A DNA stretch of 63,964 nucleotides, filler included, from Polymyxa betae A26-41 (taxonomy: Eukaryota; Protista; Endomyxa: Phytomyxea): assembly GCA_003693705.1 (NCBI GenBank). It is 8 parts of 8 records of this genome, joined end to end, with 100 filler letters (N's around TTAATTAATTAA, not from the genome) between each part and the next. Parts side by side here need not be neighbours in the genome. Positions count along the whole stretch, not along the records: positions 62,447 to 63,964 come from RBZT01000579.1; 7 more parts are not named here. The stretch is one strand, 5' to 3'. The notes beneath the pieces were generated by a model, which made no database searches, was not told the DNA's origin, and saw nothing but the letters and a program-made list of their open reading frames with translations. Numbering within the stretch: position 1 is the stretch's first letter; each line of letters begins with the position of its first letter. Position numbers and translations under genes: made by a program. Positions 62,643 through 63,964 of the stretch are shown one piece after another.

Positions 62643-63964
62643 GTTTGCGGCGAAAGTTACTCTCTTGGTGAAATCCTCACTCTCAGCGGTTCCCAGTGTA
62701 TGGACTGCGTATACGGCCACCTCGGTGATTATCTGTTGGGGCTATCTCATGGTTGAAGCAAACAGTGCATTGTCCGATTTGCGCCAGGAGAGAGCAGACC
62801 TAAAAGGATGATTTCCTTTAACATCTAAATTTTGAATTATGTAAAAGTCATTGTACCAGTTAGTATCTTCGTTTGAAGAGCGGTTTCTGTTGGTTGGCGG
62901 GCGGACAACAATAAATAGGAATTGTTTCGCGGGGCTAAAACAGAAGCGATCCTGAAGGAAGAAAGAATGATGCTGAGCCACACTCTTGCATGTGATTGTT
63001 GAAAGTGGCCAGAGTTATCATCATCAATTGGTAGCAATTTTCATTATTGATCACTTTGACTTCGATATTTTTGAGTTCTTGATTAAACTTGGATTATCGT
63101 ACGTGTCAATTTGATGAATAGGTGGTGCTGCCGTAAACAAAACGATCCAGCTGACTTTGGAAAATAGCAAGTCGATATTCTTTCGGGGCGAGTGCCGGGG
63201 ACAACGCAAAAGCAGAATCAGAAAGTTTATGTTTAAAAGGGCGCGAGGGTAGAGCGGATGGCCATTCAAACGCCAACGAGGGTGAAGATTATTCATATCA
63301 AAACGTTCGACAGAAATGCGTCCAAATATAGTCCAGATACAAGGACATGGGATCAATCATGAAGAGAGTACAGAACAGTCGCAAGTGGGAATTCCGAGCG
63401 CATCCGTGTTCAAAAGGCTAACGCTGTGTACATCGTGAAGCAAAATCTCTTAAAAGAGTCTTCTCATTGGCCTAGACTTTTCTCTGCTGCAAACGGAATA
63501 TTGGTGGATACAAAGCAATGTTTCTTCCAGATTCCGTCCACTTAGGTGCTCCAAAGTGACTTCGCCCTTATAAAGTCGCAGATTTGATTTTGGGACGACA
63601 CTCCTGCCTTTGGAACTGAGCCCGAACGTGCTCTAGTAATTGCTCAAGATTGAAACCTCGTAGCTCTTGATTCTTTTGACCATTTTCTTTGTTTACCGAA
63701 TTTGCACTCTCACCGCGTTGAGAAACAACGTGATTGCATGCAACTGTAACTTCCAACGCATTCAATCAATGTCGATCGTTCCTGGGTTCGCATGACCGAA
63801 TAGATTCAGACCGTCAAGTATACTCTCTCCGTTTTCAGACTCATCACGACAGATCCCGGAAAAAACGTTTTTGCATCTGCAGTCTACATTGGTATAGGTT
63901 CATCAACTTGAGAGATCAGACATGACCGTGTTGTGGGTGCCGTCAGTAGAATGGTATTGCGTAT

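Noticed and set aside
62643-63964. Minus-strand ORF fragments at the window end
   Set aside because: Interrupted frames with no recognisable motif; no product or boundaries can be assigned.

Overview
Eukaryotic draft-genome window from a compact protist genome with ~45-55 nt GT-AG introns. The gene content suggests a plasmodiophorid/phytomyxid plant parasite (inference only). It has several N gaps, many carrying an artificial TTAATTAATTAA linker. 1.7-12.3 kb is a tight block of housekeeping genes: TYW1 (with a 7-nt micro-exon), a Ubl/RA-PH-RhoGAP gene, a B12D/NDUFA4 gene absent from the ORF track, SART3/PRP24 and a beta-propeller-like gene. The rest is accessory DNA. It holds nested Copia, Gypsy, hAT, PIF/Harbinger, MULE and LINE elements, candidate secreted effectors (two F-box-like/ankyrin paralogs and a tandem Cys/His-domain protein), a disrupted BTB gene and a GC-rich intronless membrane-protein gene. 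The main finding is a decayed, intronless minus-strand reading frame at ~25.1-25.9 kb. It carries, in order and at plausible spacing, motif F, A, B, (C), D and E-like sequences of a segmented negative-strand RNA virus polymerase (bunya/articulavirus-like), and it abuts a Gypsy LTR. Many more decayed intronless AT-rich fragments, some duplicated or inverted, surround it and may be further endogenised RNA-virus sequence.
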